IMG/VR virus record: IMGVR_UViG_3300028833_000086
Span: 1-64,000 of that record
Reading direction: 5' to 3' (one strand)
Length of the DNA stretch: 64,000 nt
Source of the DNA: a virus
Lineage: Duplodnaviria > Caudoviricetes
A program made the position numbers and the translations under genes. Numbering within the stretch: position 1 is the stretch's first letter; each line of letters opens with the position of its first letter. Positions 49,585 through 59,106 of this stretch are shown here, piece after piece. A model generated the notes under the pieces. The model was not told where the DNA came from. It made no database searches and saw nothing but the letters and a program-made list of their open reading frames with translations.

Positions 49585-49828
49585 TTTTATTTCTCCCGAA
49601 GTGCTTGGTTACACACTTACTACAACAAATGTCGTCCTGCCCGCCGCATCCAAGATCACCAAGCGACGCCACATCATCGCCGCTCCTCATAATCTTATGG
49701 CAGAAGAAACATCTCTGCTTAACGGGCAAGGGGAACCAAGGAAAACAATGTATATGATATACATATCCCAAAGCTTCATACCCCTCTCCGTCATTAACGG
49801 GCTTACCACAAACACAACATTTACGCAT
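49532..49828 (-). CDS. LIM-like double Zn-finger protein
   Basis: CCVCGK...HIHC and CFFC...CCSKC; AAAGGAG RBS. Confidence 0.65.
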   Translation of the reverse strand: MRKCCVCGKPVNDGEGYEALGYVYHIHCFPWFPLPVKQRCFFCHKIMRSGDDVASLGDLGCGGQDDICCSKCVTKHFGRNKNERGGKKVGGAMRPMFT

Positions 49829-49856
49829 TATTCAATTATACTCCTTTGTAATTATG

Positions 49857-50444
49857 TCATCTTGAAAACCAGTGGCCTCTATATTTAAACAGTGGGGTAG
49901 GGCCATTATATCCACTATTGCAAAAATATAGAGCACCCTGAGATCCATCCCAGCCAGCCGCCACCATTAATAGCGCAATTTCACACTCTTCATCGGGCTC
50001 ACTCATGCCCGCCACATAAAACTGGTTGGGCGCATATATAACATCGTGTATGCTCTTACCGTCGCGCTCAACCCTATTGAGCACCACGTTCATTACCAGC
50101 ATTTTGCCCACAAGTCCCTGACCTTTGGCCTCCGCCATTGCGATACCCATAAGCTCCTTTTCGTCTTTAGGTGTCAGCTCTATAAGTGTGCCGCCAAATA
50201 ATGACATAGGATTCTCCATCATCTCAAGTGTTGTGTCAAGTTCTTCCCTGAGAGTCAAGCTCTCCTCACGCGCCTCCGCCAGCTCTGTCTCAACCTCCGC
50301 CTTCTCATTTGCCAGCTGCACTATTTGCTTCTGCAGTTCAGCCATTTGGGTCTCTGCCTGCGCCTTCTCGTCGCTCGCTCTGAAGATCAGTATGCTGGCC
50401 AGCAGTAAGGCCACCGCCAGAAAAATATCTGTTTTATTATTCAT
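49857..50444 (-). CDS. SleB/CwlJ-like cell wall hydrolase (Hydrolase_2) with signal anchor and coiled coil
   Basis: IAMAEAKG...VVLNRV...VIYAPNQF...GALYF...GHWF. Confidence 0.85.
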   Translation of the reverse strand: MNNKTDIFLAVALLLASILIFRASDEKAQAETQMAELQKQIVQLANEKAEVETELAEAREESLTLREELDTTLEMMENPMSLFGGTLIELTPKDEKELMGIAMAEAKGQGLVGKMLVMNVVLNRVERDGKSIHDVIYAPNQFYVAGMSEPDEECEIALLMVAAGWDGSQGALYFCNSGYNGPTPLFKYRGHWFSR

Positions 50445-50589
50445 CTGACTTCATCACCTCAATCTGCTGCTCGTAGTTACGCATGCGCTCATCCATGATA
50501 CCCAGCTTGTATCCGAGCACTACTGAGCTTGCCACAATTCCGAGCACTAATAATGTCGATATAATTTTGTTACGTAATTCTTGATTCAT
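50437..50589 (-). CDS. Small membrane protein
   Basis: GGAGG RBS; one hydrophobic helix; downstream of a sigma-A-like promoter. Confidence 0.6.
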   Translation of the reverse strand: MNQELRNKIISTLLVLGIVASSVVLGYKLGIMDERMRNYEQQIEVMKSDE

Positions 50590-50638
50590 AATCATTCCTC
50601 CAAATTTAATTAGGCGCGCACCATGCCCGCCCACCAAT

Positions 50639-50668
50639 ATAATAACATATCAATTAGTATAATGTCAA
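50639..50668 (-). promoter_or_regulatory. Sigma-A-type promoter
   Basis: TTGACA-18 nt-TATTAT; shares CTTGACATTATACTA with the promoter at 51258-51286. Confidence 0.7.
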
Positions 50669-51237
50669 GTACTATGCTTTAAATAATAATAACTGGGCAT
50701 ATCCATGCGAGGCACAATGATTATTACGCCCAGCTTCTTTAATAAAGAGTTGTATCTTGTCAGGGATGCCTCGTTCATTTTGAGTTTATTGGCAAAATAC
50801 TGGCGGCTATATGAACACCTATTATCTTTAGTCATATGATCCGCCAACATTAAATAGTAGCGCAGTGCACCTTGCCAACTTTGCCCGCTCTGCATTATTT
50901 TCTTTATATCTTCGTACACCAACATCTTGCCGCCATGGGACAGTCGATCCAAATCATAATGAAAGGATCTTTGACAATCTACAATATAATTGCCATGCCC
51001 AAGCGCAATCGCCACCACATGTCCCTCATTAATAAGAAACTCTAGCGCTTCATTCACGTTCTCGCGCTGCTTCTGGTTGGGCAGCTTACCCATCATATTA
51101 AAATAGATAGCCTTGTCGCTCAGCAGTATCTGGTCGCGGTATGCGGTGCCCAGATCCATGGCTGACAGGAATGTCCCGAACTGCATGCCTGTCAGCGGCG
51201 CCGTCATAAACTCGCGATCAACAATTAGCTTACTCAT
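50665..51237 (-). CDS. Winged-HTH DNA-binding protein, possible replication initiator
   Basis: C-terminal SRQYFANKLKMNEASLTRYNSLLKKLGVI; next to the A/T tract. Confidence 0.55.
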   Translation of the reverse strand: MSKLIVDREFMTAPLTGMQFGTFLSAMDLGTAYRDQILLSDKAIYFNMMGKLPNQKQRENVNEALEFLINEGHVVAIALGHGNYIVDCQRSFHYDLDRLSHGGKMLVYEDIKKIMQSGQSWQGALRYYLMLADHMTKDNRCSYSRQYFANKLKMNEASLTRYNSLLKKLGVIIIVPRMDMPSYYYLKHST

Positions 51238-51257
51238 AGAATAACCTCCTCGCTACC

Positions 51258-51286
51258 ATATTAACACATAGGTAGTATAATGTCAA
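51258..51286 (-). promoter_or_regulatory. Sigma-A-type promoter
   Basis: TTGACA-17 nt-TAATAT with extended TG; then GAGGAGG RBS. Confidence 0.75.
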
Positions 51287-51295
51287 GTAAAAAAT

Positions 51296-51560
51296 TATAT
51301 AGATCTGTATGAACTATATTAATATACATTTAATTAATAATTATATATATATTATTAATAATAATAATATAAATATAATAATATTATATATATTTAACAT
51401 AATAAATATAATATACATAACATAATAATATTATTATATATAATATAACATAATATATATATAATATATTAATAATATACTATATATTATATTAGTTAAT
51501 AGTAGATTATACTACCTGCGCAGATGTGTATATTTTTTTATATAGATCTGTATGAACTAT
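51296..51560. repeat. Nearly pure A/T tract bracketed by a 22-bp direct repeat; candidate origin
   Basis: tatatagatctgtatgaactat at 51296-51317 and 51539-51560; coding strand switches here. Confidence 0.7.
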
Positions 51561-51833
51561 CCTCATCCTCACAGCATGGCGGTATCGCGCGATTGTTCGC
51601 CGATATGCGCCGCGTACGGATAATGTGCGAGATGTGTGTAGGTGAAAGCGCTTAGCCTCACCCACCCAAAACCCGCATGGATTCTGCGTTTTCCACCCCC
51701 CACCCACCATAAAAAACATTCCAAAAATCGCCATTTTTGCCACGTGCTATGATGCCATTGTCATCGAGAGACGACTACTCCCTCTCCCGATGACTTGATT
51801 AACAGGGAGTAGAGATAAGGATAGGTGAACCCT

Positions 51834-52295
51834 ATGAGTAGAATTACTGTATCAGAACTTGCAACTATGATGAACTCCATTCAGAACGACATGTCTATTA
51901 TTGCCAATGCTGTCAAGTCAGTAGATGAGCGGCTGACTGCCCTCGAAGAGGGCAAGAAATCGGCAACTGCAAAGAAGCCGACCACGCAGAAGTCGAAGAC
52001 TTCTGACGACACCATTTCGAAGCAGTATGATGAGATGCAGAAGACCAAGAAACCTGCAAGTACCGAGCCTAAATGGGTACTTGATAAGCGTTGTGTATAC
52101 TCTGTTCCCAACGAGTTCATCAGCAAAAAGGCTCGCTATGCATTCAAGATGCAGGCAGAGGAGAACGGTGGTACCGCCCTCACCAAAGAGCAGAGAGAGG
52201 CACTCGTCAAGAAGACACACGACAAGTACATCACTTGCAGACAGTTCAAGACTGAAAAGGCTGCTAAAGAGTTCTTCGCAAAGTGGATGGCATAA
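51834..52295 (+). CDS. Lys-rich hypothetical protein, first gene of the right arm
   Basis: Good codon usage; followed by hairpins and a T8 run (about 52300-52346). Confidence 0.8.
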   Translation: MSRITVSELATMMNSIQNDMSIIANAVKSVDERLTALEEGKKSATAKKPTTQKSKTSDDTISKQYDEMQKTKKPASTEPKWVLDKRCVYSVPNEFISKKARYAFKMQAEENGGTALTKEQREALVKKTHDKYITCRQFKTEKAAKEFFAKWMA

Positions 52296-52349
52296 CTCCC
52301 ACGGGGGCGGTTCTTCCGCCCCTCGCCCTACGGGGTGCTTTTTTTTGCA

Positions 52350-53010
52350 CCTTGTAGTCAACCCTCAAAAGTTGAGTAGGGCTGTCTGTAAGCGTTTACT
52401 CCGTAAACGCGGTATGAATCATCCCTAAGCGTAGGCATTAGAAGTCGGCGCATAGTCGGGGGACAGGGACATCCCGACAAATGTGGGCACTTTGGTCAGG
52501 CGATGGCTGAGGTGACGAGTACGGCGACGTAAGTCGCTCCACTACATAGAGGCTATTTGGCAAAGTTGCATAGCAACTGTCGTGAGTCTGCTCACCGTAA
52601 GCGTGAACATCATAGGCACGCAAGTCGGGTGGAAGAGTGGCAGATTTGGCAGAGCGAAGTTGCGAAACACCGTTGCGGAGGCGTCAGGAAGTCGCATTAC
52701 CCGACTATGAGGGATCAAATAATGCGAGGACGTAGCGAGTAAGTGGACGGTAGGCAAGCGTACGACCGAATAGGGGGTAGACGAGGGAGTGCTTGATATG
52801 TGTTCCCTGACGAAGACCGTGGTGGGGATTACCCATCGAGGTACGCAGTACCGCCATCGAGGTACGCAGTACCGAGATAACACGGCGTCGAGGTGTGGGA
52901 TAACCGTGCAATGCGGACAACCCAGTAATAGCCTAAACAACCATCAACCATCAGCTATGGAGCGCACAGGTTTGACACTGTGGGACGGTTCGAATCCGTC
53001 ATGATGGTGT
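52350..53010 (+). ncRNA. Candidate large structured non-coding RNA ending in a tRNA-like element
   Basis: GC-rich with no convincing ORF; many hairpins; long-range CATAGTCGGG/CCCGACTATG; T-arm GACGG-TTCGAAT-CCGTC. Confidence 0.45.
52833..52874 (+). repeat. Perfect 21-bp tandem duplication
   Basis: ccatcgaggtacgcagtaccg x2. Confidence 0.95.
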
Positions 53011-53144
53011 CGGGACATAGCGTCCCACCCCTGCAACGCTTGTTAGTAAGCACCATAACAGTTGACACAATTCGAATGGTGTTGAACACGGTGAGGGGAT
53101 AAACAATGAACCGCCCAAAGGGGCAGAAAGACGAGGTATTAATT

Positions 53145-53294
53145 ATGGCACGAGTATTTGGACGTAAGAACGGCAGAGGACACAGAGTATATCTTGAGAC
53201 TGTATCACTTGAAGATATGGTACGGTTACAGGCAATAAAGGTGTACCGCACATTTGTGGCGGACTACACTAACCTTGAGTTTGAGATTGTATGA
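53145..53294 (+). CDS. Small hypothetical protein
   Basis: GAGG RBS before MARVF. Confidence 0.55.
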   Translation: MARVFGRKNGRGHRVYLETVSLEDMVRLQAIKVYRTFVADYTNLEFEIV

Positions 53295-53311
53295 AACAGG
53301 AGATATGCACA

Positions 53312-53473
53312 ATGGCAACACGTGAGGTTTTCAAACAAGTATCCGAGAAGATACTCGCAGACTACATCGACGGCAATATCACCGAGGAGTACTATCACAA
53401 AGCACTTGAATCGCTCACCGATAAGTTCCTCGAGAATGAGACACAAATAATCAGCGAAGATATGCTCCGCTAA
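53312..53473 (+). CDS. Small acidic hypothetical protein
   Basis: AGGAG RBS before MATRE. Confidence 0.6.
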   Translation: MATREVFKQVSEKILADYIDGNITEEYYHKALESLTDKFLENETQIISEDMLR

Positions 53474-53490
53474 TAACAGGAGGATTGATT

Positions 53491-53640
53491 ATGGCAGGAA
53501 TTATATGGCAAATAATCCGTGAGGATGATGACGGACGAGAGACAGTGGTCGAGGAGTACAACAGTAAGATAGTGGCACAGAGCCGTCTTGCGTACTTCCA
53601 GTCTCACGGCGACTGTTATTACTACCTCGACAGCAGGTAA
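53491..53640 (+). CDS. Small hypothetical protein (49 aa, MAGIIWQII...)
   Basis: Read manually; AGGAGG RBS. Confidence 0.65.
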   Translation: MAGIIWQIIREDDDGRETVVEEYNSKIVAQSRLAYFQSHGDCYYYLDSR

Positions 53641-53657
53641 TGGAAAGGAGAACGGAA

Positions 53658-53804
53658 ATGAACTTCATACTCGGAATTATTTGGGATACAGGCGAAAAGG
53701 AAATCATCCCATACTTAACGATAGAAGAGGCTTCAAGAGCCGAACTTGACTACAAAATAGCGTTCGGTAGTCAAATTCAGTATAGCTGGGTAGGACGAAA
53801 ATGA
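53658..53804 (+). CDS. Small hypothetical protein (48 aa, MNFILGIIWDTGEK...)
   Basis: Read manually; GAAAGGAG RBS. Confidence 0.65.
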   Translation: MNFILGIIWDTGEKEIIPYLTIEEASRAELDYKIAFGSQIQYSWVGRK

Positions 53805-53819
53805 AAGCGAGGTAACAGT

Positions 53820-54296
53820 ATGGACTTGAATCAAAGATGGCTTGACTACATAAAGGAAAACAACATAGACGGGATATTTCTTTATAATCCCGAAGAGACA
53901 ACACTAATGACAATATACGAGGGAACGGGTGAAAATCTGTTTCCCGAGGATGAAGAGAACGGATATGTCGACTATTGGATGGTCGATGTATTCAGTACAA
54001 AGGGAAACGAAGACGGAGCACAAATAATGTGTACTGCCATCATAAGGGAAACGAATCCCACCATCGGCGAAATTATAGATATGGTCGAAGAAAGCGAAAT
54101 GGTAATGAGCATAGGATCCTTACCACTTCAGGATTACATCATTAGACCCGAATATGGTACACGTCTTGAGGATGCGTACAAAAGAGCAAGCGCAGCGATT
54201 TCTAATAAGCGAAATGCCGAAATGGCATACGACACGGCGATGATATTGCTTAATAATTTATATGCTTATGCAGAAGCAGAAAGGAAAGGGAAATGA
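53820..54296 (+). CDS. Hypothetical protein
   Basis: GAGGT RBS; EGTGENL..ED.E.GYVDY motif. Confidence 0.75.
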   Translation: MDLNQRWLDYIKENNIDGIFLYNPEETTLMTIYEGTGENLFPEDEENGYVDYWMVDVFSTKGNEDGAQIMCTAIIRETNPTIGEIIDMVEESEMVMSIGSLPLQDYIIRPEYGTRLEDAYKRASAAISNKRNAEMAYDTAMILLNNLYAYAEAERKGK

Positions 54297-54478
54297 AAAA
54301 CTTAATGGAAGCAGTAAACGAAACGGTATGCTTAATATTGTGGTCGCTTGTAATCATCATGGCATTATTACTCGATTCGCCGAGTAATGTTCCAGCAATA
54401 GTAATAGCAATATTGTTAATTCCCACAGGATTAACAAGTTATATATGGTACTTGACAGAATACGGAAAGGAGGATTAA
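54293..54478 (+). CDS. Small two-TM membrane protein
   Basis: Two hydrophobic segments; ATGA overlap. Confidence 0.65.
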   Translation: MKNLMEAVNETVCLILWSLVIIMALLLDSPSNVPAIVIAILLIPTGLTSYIWYLTEYGKED

Positions 54479-54533
54479 ACTGTCAAGCAAAGGAAAATGA
54501 AGTTAACACTATTACAGAAAGGGAAATGAAATT

Positions 54534-56276
54534 ATGGAAAACACAGCAATTAACGTACTCGCAGACAATAACACAGAGGAAACAACTATGCAGAATGTAA
54601 AGGAAACCGCATTCAAGCGGTACAAAGAACTACTCAATGAATACGGATACGACTACGAAGAAAATTCAATAATGGATACCATAAATGTATGGTGGGAACA
54701 GAAAGAGGAGCTGAGAAACATACTGAGAAAATCTCAGTACTGGAACGAGGACGAACAGATGATAGTCCTCAAAAACAAAACAATTCTCCGCTCATTCAAT
54801 GAGCAGGGCATCGGAGATTTCGGAAAGTGGATGCTCGAAATGTTTAGAGCTCAAAAAACAGACCAAACAATATCACACTGTTTCATAGAAATATATGAGA
54901 CAATGAGGAAATGCTTTAATGATAGCACAACAAATCTCATTTCAATTTCAAAAATCAAAGAAATAATTGACAACCCTGAAAAAGCAGATAAAATCATTAA
55001 CAATGAAGTTCTGCCTCTTGTGGACGGGCAGAAATGGAGCCGTTACATCGGTAATTTCTGTAAGAAAATCGGTTTTAATACCATAACCGATGTCAAAACA
55101 GAGATATACTCCGATGACGAAGGAAATGCCCATCAGCGTACAAAAGATATGGGCTACAATTATCACTTTGCCCTGTTAGGAGATAGTATAAATCCCCTTG
55201 AAATCAAAGGGAAAACATTTATAATATCTCTCAATTTCATCGACTATCTTACGATGTCCTTTGGTAATAACTGGGCATCATGTCATACAATTGATAAAGA
55301 CAATGTCCGTTGCTGTCACGGATCATATGAGGGACAGTGGTCAAGCGGAACACTGTCATATGGACTTGACAATGTAACAATGATTAGTTATATTGTGGAC
55401 GAAGAGAACGAAGCGGTGGTAGGAAGAAATGACCATCACAAATACGGAAAAGATGTTCCATATTGCCTGAGAGACAAGGAACACAGATGTGTTACATCTT
55501 GGCAAAATGACAAACTCTACTTTGGCAGAGTATATCCCGATGGAAGAGATGGTGGAGAAAAGGGAATCGCCGCACAGTTCAGAGAAATCATTCAGCAGGT
55601 ATTTGCCGAATGTTTAAGCGCATCAAATATTTGGACTACCAAAAAGGGTGTATCAAACACGTCCACCTATGTCAAGGGAAACCCTGATGGCTATACCGCA
55701 TACGATGACTGGAACCATTACGAAGACTGTTCCGTATCATTTCTCCGTAAGGTAGACGGAATCCTTAATGAGGATCCTATTAAAATAGCTGCAAGACCTA
55801 TGTGTCCTTGTTGTGGAGATAGACATAGAAACAATGAGAATATTTGTTGTCCTATCCATGATACAAGTGGTAATAAAGAAATTTGCCAAAGATGTGGATG
55901 CGTAATTGATCTCGATAATGATAATTATGAATATATCGACGGCAATTATTATTGTTCATGTGAATGTGCGGAAAGTGATGGCTGGGTATGGAGTGAGCGT
56001 TATGGAGAATGGTTGGATGAAGATAATGCCGTATATTGCGAAGATGATGGCATTTATTATTCCGATGACGATGACGATGTCGTCTATTGTCAAGATGATT
56101 GTTCCTATCATTTAAGGGAAAATTGCAGACAGGACGCATACACCGAAGATTGGTATTCTGACAACCACGAAGGAATTGAGACATACGACGATAATTGGTA
56201 CGCTGACGAAGAAAATGCAGACAAAGCAGGATACATATTATGTGATGACGATGACGAGTGGCATCACGTAGCGTAA
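54534..56276 (+). CDS. Large hypothetical protein with Cys/acidic C-terminal repeats
   Basis: IDYLTMSFGNNWASCH, GRVYP, CPCCG and repeated YCED units. Confidence 0.8.
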   Translation: MENTAINVLADNNTEETTMQNVKETAFKRYKELLNEYGYDYEENSIMDTINVWWEQKEELRNILRKSQYWNEDEQMIVLKNKTILRSFNEQGIGDFGKWMLEMFRAQKTDQTISHCFIEIYETMRKCFNDSTTNLISISKIKEIIDNPEKADKIINNEVLPLVDGQKWSRYIGNFCKKIGFNTITDVKTEIYSDDEGNAHQRTKDMGYNYHFALLGDSINPLEIKGKTFIISLNFIDYLTMSFGNNWASCHTIDKDNVRCCHGSYEGQWSSGTLSYGLDNVTMISYIVDEENEAVVGRNDHHKYGKDVPYCLRDKEHRCVTSWQNDKLYFGRVYPDGRDGGEKGIAAQFREIIQQVFAECLSASNIWTTKKGVSNTSTYVKGNPDGYTAYDDWNHYEDCSVSFLRKVDGILNEDPIKIAARPMCPCCGDRHRNNENICCPIHDTSGNKEICQRCGCVIDLDNDNYEYIDGNYYCSCECAESDGWVWSERYGEWLDEDNAVYCEDDGIYYSDDDDDVVYCQDDCSYHLRENCRQDAYTEDWYSDNHEGIETYDDNWYADEENADKAGYILCDDDDEWHHVA

Positions 56277-56336
56277 GGAAAAATGACACGGGCTATGTCA
56301 TACGGCATAGCCCTATAACGAAAAGGAGATAAGCAT

Positions 56337-57302
56337 ATGATGAACTTAAAATTATTCAAAAATATATGTAAGATTCACAACCAGATAGACCTTAAAAGGG
56401 AACTGCGGAAAGAACTTGAGAAATATTATGAGACCATCATTGAAGAGGACGGTTTCTTATATGCACCAAGTGAAAACATTGACGTAATGTTGACAGCACA
56501 TATGGACACCGTACACGAAAAGAAATGCAAGAAAATAATCGAAGTGGTACGGAACGGAAAGAAAGCATTATGGTCGCCACAAGGCATAGGGGGTGATGAT
56601 AGATGTGGAATATTTATGATACTCGAAATTCTCCACAACACATGCTTACGTCCTGCTATTGTGTTCTGCGAAGACGAAGAAATAGGTGGACGAGGATCTA
56701 TGAAGTTTGCTAATTGGCTTAACAAAAAGGCAGACACAAAGGAACTCAACATTAAATTCATCATTGAACTTGATCGTAGAAACGCAAACGACGCAGTGTT
56801 TTATGACTGTGGGAATAAGGAATTTAAAAAATATATAACAGAAATAACGGGATACAAAGAGGCGATAGGAAGTTTTAGCGACATTGGAAATATAAGTCCC
56901 GAACTTGACGTAGCAAGTGTAAATCTATCTTGTGGATATTATCTTGAGCATACGCTCGACCATTACGTAATACCTGAAGAAATGGAGCGTACATATGATG
57001 CAACAATTCTTTTGCTCACGGCAAGCGTAAATGTAGATAAATTTGACTATCAGGAAGATAACTGGTGGGATCGTAATTATTTTGGCCGTTTTAAATCATT
57101 TTACGATGACGAACAGTGCATTGTCGCAATTCATAACGGAAAGGAGATAATTGAAACATACGATGCAGAAGACGGCGCAGACGAAGCATTGTTGGATTTC
57201 TTAATGTGCTACGATGAAGTATGTTATGGAGAAATTGTGTATATCGGAAGTGTGTATGAGTATGAATCACTTTACACAATAAAGGAAGGAGATGTAGTAT
57301 GA
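56337..57302 (+). CDS. M20/M28-family zinc peptidase-like protein
   Basis: AHMDTVH, GGDDRCG, EDEEIG, ELDRR, SFSDI and GYY.EHT motifs. Confidence 0.85.
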   Translation: MMNLKLFKNICKIHNQIDLKRELRKELEKYYETIIEEDGFLYAPSENIDVMLTAHMDTVHEKKCKKIIEVVRNGKKALWSPQGIGGDDRCGIFMILEILHNTCLRPAIVFCEDEEIGGRGSMKFANWLNKKADTKELNIKFIIELDRRNANDAVFYDCGNKEFKKYITEITGYKEAIGSFSDIGNISPELDVASVNLSCGYYLEHTLDHYVIPEEMERTYDATILLLTASVNVDKFDYQEDNWWDRNYFGRFKSFYDDEQCIVAIHNGKEIIETYDAEDGADEALLDFLMCYDEVCYGEIVYIGSVYEYESLYTIKEGDVV

Positions 57303-57541
57303 GCAAGATTTCAGTAATGAACAGTGAGGTGGGTTTTATTAATACGGTCGGTGAAAGTGCAGATGACGGACTTAAAACCGCAAAGAAAATGGCAATAAGC
57401 GCCTGTCGGGATTTCATAATGTGGCACAATAGATACCCAGATGAATACAAGGGGTATAACAATGAACTTGTTGCCAAAATAAAAAACGCAAAGTCGGAAG
57501 TTGAAATAAGGGATCTGCTCCGTAAGGCAAGGGCAGCATAA
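57299..57541 (+). CDS. Hypothetical protein
   Basis: AAGGAG RBS; ATGA overlap. Confidence 0.7.
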   Translation: MSKISVMNSEVGFINTVGESADDGLKTAKKMAISACRDFIMWHNRYPDEYKGYNNELVAKIKNAKSEVEIRDLLRKARAA

Positions 57542-57644
57542 TTAGAGAGTGGGGTTTAGAGATGATAAAAATAAGAGCTCGGCCGTAAAAATCAAAATTG
57601 AATAAGCATATAATCAACTTAACACAATTAAAGGAGAGAATATT

Positions 57645-58556
57645 ATGATTAACGACATCAAATCTTTCGCAGATGCAGTAGCAGAAACCATCAAAGTACA
57701 GGCAGATAATTATTTCCCGAACAACTTTAAGGTAGGCAGGGTTGAAGTTAATGAGGTGGTTAAGGGAAATGATACCAAGTTGATCGGTATCATCATCGGA
57801 AAAGAAAACAGCAATGTCGCACCTAATATCTATCTTGAAAAATACTATGACAGGTATCTTAAGGGAACGGATATGGATACGCTTATCGATGAGATTTGCG
57901 CTGTTTGTGTTCAAAACGACGTACCTAATTTGAGTGCTGATGACCTCACAAATTTTGACAAGGTAAAAGATAAGATCTGTGTAAGGCTAATCAATGCGGA
58001 AAAGAATACAGAGTATCTTGCTAACAAACCGCACAAGTTAATCGAAGACTTGGCAATAATGTATTGCATCTCAGTTCTTATAAGCGAGAGTGGACAAGGT
58101 AGCGTCCCCATAACCGATCAGTTGCTTGATGCCTATGGAATTACTGTGGATGAACTGCACAATATTGCCATGACAAATCTCAAAAAGCAGACACCCAAAT
58201 TTGTTTCTATGAGGGAAATGTTACTGGAAATGGGATGTCCCGAATTTATGTTGCCTCCAAAGGATGATCTTTCAATGTATGTACTAACTAACGAAAGTAA
58301 AACGCATGGAGCCGCGATGATACTCAATAACGAGGTATTGTCTAATATAAGAGAAAAATTAAATAGGGATTTTATTATAATCCCGTCAAGTATTCACGAA
58401 GTGCTTATTGTTCCTATTTCTGATGATATCATGGACATAAATGAATACTCGAAGAAGATACAGAAAATTAATGCTTCTGAAGTCAATAGTGAGGAAGTTC
58501 TTTCTGATCACCCCTACCTTTATACTAAAAATAACGGATTCAAATCTATTATGTAA
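57645..58556 (+). CDS. DUF5688-like protein
   Basis: APNIYL, MYVLTN...GAAMIL, IIPSSIHEVLIVP and EVLSDHPY motifs. Confidence 0.8.
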   Translation: MINDIKSFADAVAETIKVQADNYFPNNFKVGRVEVNEVVKGNDTKLIGIIIGKENSNVAPNIYLEKYYDRYLKGTDMDTLIDEICAVCVQNDVPNLSADDLTNFDKVKDKICVRLINAEKNTEYLANKPHKLIEDLAIMYCISVLISESGQGSVPITDQLLDAYGITVDELHNIAMTNLKKQTPKFVSMREMLLEMGCPEFMLPPKDDLSMYVLTNESKTHGAAMILNNEVLSNIREKLNRDFIIIPSSIHEVLIVPISDDIMDINEYSKKIQKINASEVNSEEVLSDHPYLYTKNNGFKSIM

Positions 58557-58572
58557 AAGAGAGGTATGGAGT

Positions 58573-58755
58573 ATGATAGATGTGGTGGGCTTCGAGCTTG
58601 AAGCGAAACTTAAATATTTTGCAGAACAAGACACAGACGAGTGTGATGCAATGCTTGAACTTTTAAAGGCTGGTTTTACTCTTGAAGATTTTAAGTACAA
58701 TGAAGAGCGTTATGAGTGGGCAAAAAGAGTAATGAATGATTATGGTCTGATATAA
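58573..58755 (+). CDS. Small hypothetical protein
   Basis: GAGGT RBS before MIDVV. Confidence 0.65.
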   Translation: MIDVVGFELEAKLKYFAEQDTDECDAMLELLKAGFTLEDFKYNEERYEWAKRVMNDYGLI

Positions 58756-58770
58756 GAAAGGAGAATGCAT

Positions 58771-59043
58771 ATGGGAAGAACAAAGAATTATTGGTACGTA
58801 TTGGTAATGACTAATTCGGGCCCGACTTTTGTAACTAAGGTAAATTATTCAGATAAAACAGCAGAGTGGAATAAAGATGACAAGCCTTTAAAAATGAGTA
58901 TGGAATCCGCTAAGGATCTTGCTATGGGGTTGATGGCAAATCTTAATTTTGCTTTTGCAGTATGTAATTTTTATGAACTTGAAGATCAGCCTTATAGATA
59001 CAAATTGGGCAAATTTGAATGGAAACCAAATAGCAATACTTAA
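58771..59043 (+). CDS. Hypothetical protein
   Basis: GAAAGGAG RBS. Confidence 0.7.
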   Translation: MGRTKNYWYVLVMTNSGPTFVTKVNYSDKTAEWNKDDKPLKMSMESAKDLAMGLMANLNFAFAVCNFYELEDQPYRYKLGKFEWKPNSNT

Positions 59044-59106
59044 AGTGCACTTGGCATAACAACAAAGGAGGTGGTAAGATAATGACAATCTTACGGAAGG
59101 AGGGTT

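Noticed and set aside
730-50448. Numerous plus-strand ORFs in the left arm, and minus-strand ORFs in the right arm such as 59426-60181
   Set aside because: Antisense shadows of well-supported genes, lacking RBS and realistic composition.
41799-53008. Functional tRNA genes at 41799, 42040 and 52947
   Set aside because: No proper D-arm, no 7-nt anticodon loop and lengths of about 60 nt; reported as tRNA-like only.
52027-53251. Overlapping ORFs on both strands in the GC-rich stretch
   Set aside because: No RBS and Arg/Ser/Pro-rich composition expected by chance at higher GC; the 7-aa repeats are just the 21-bp duplication.
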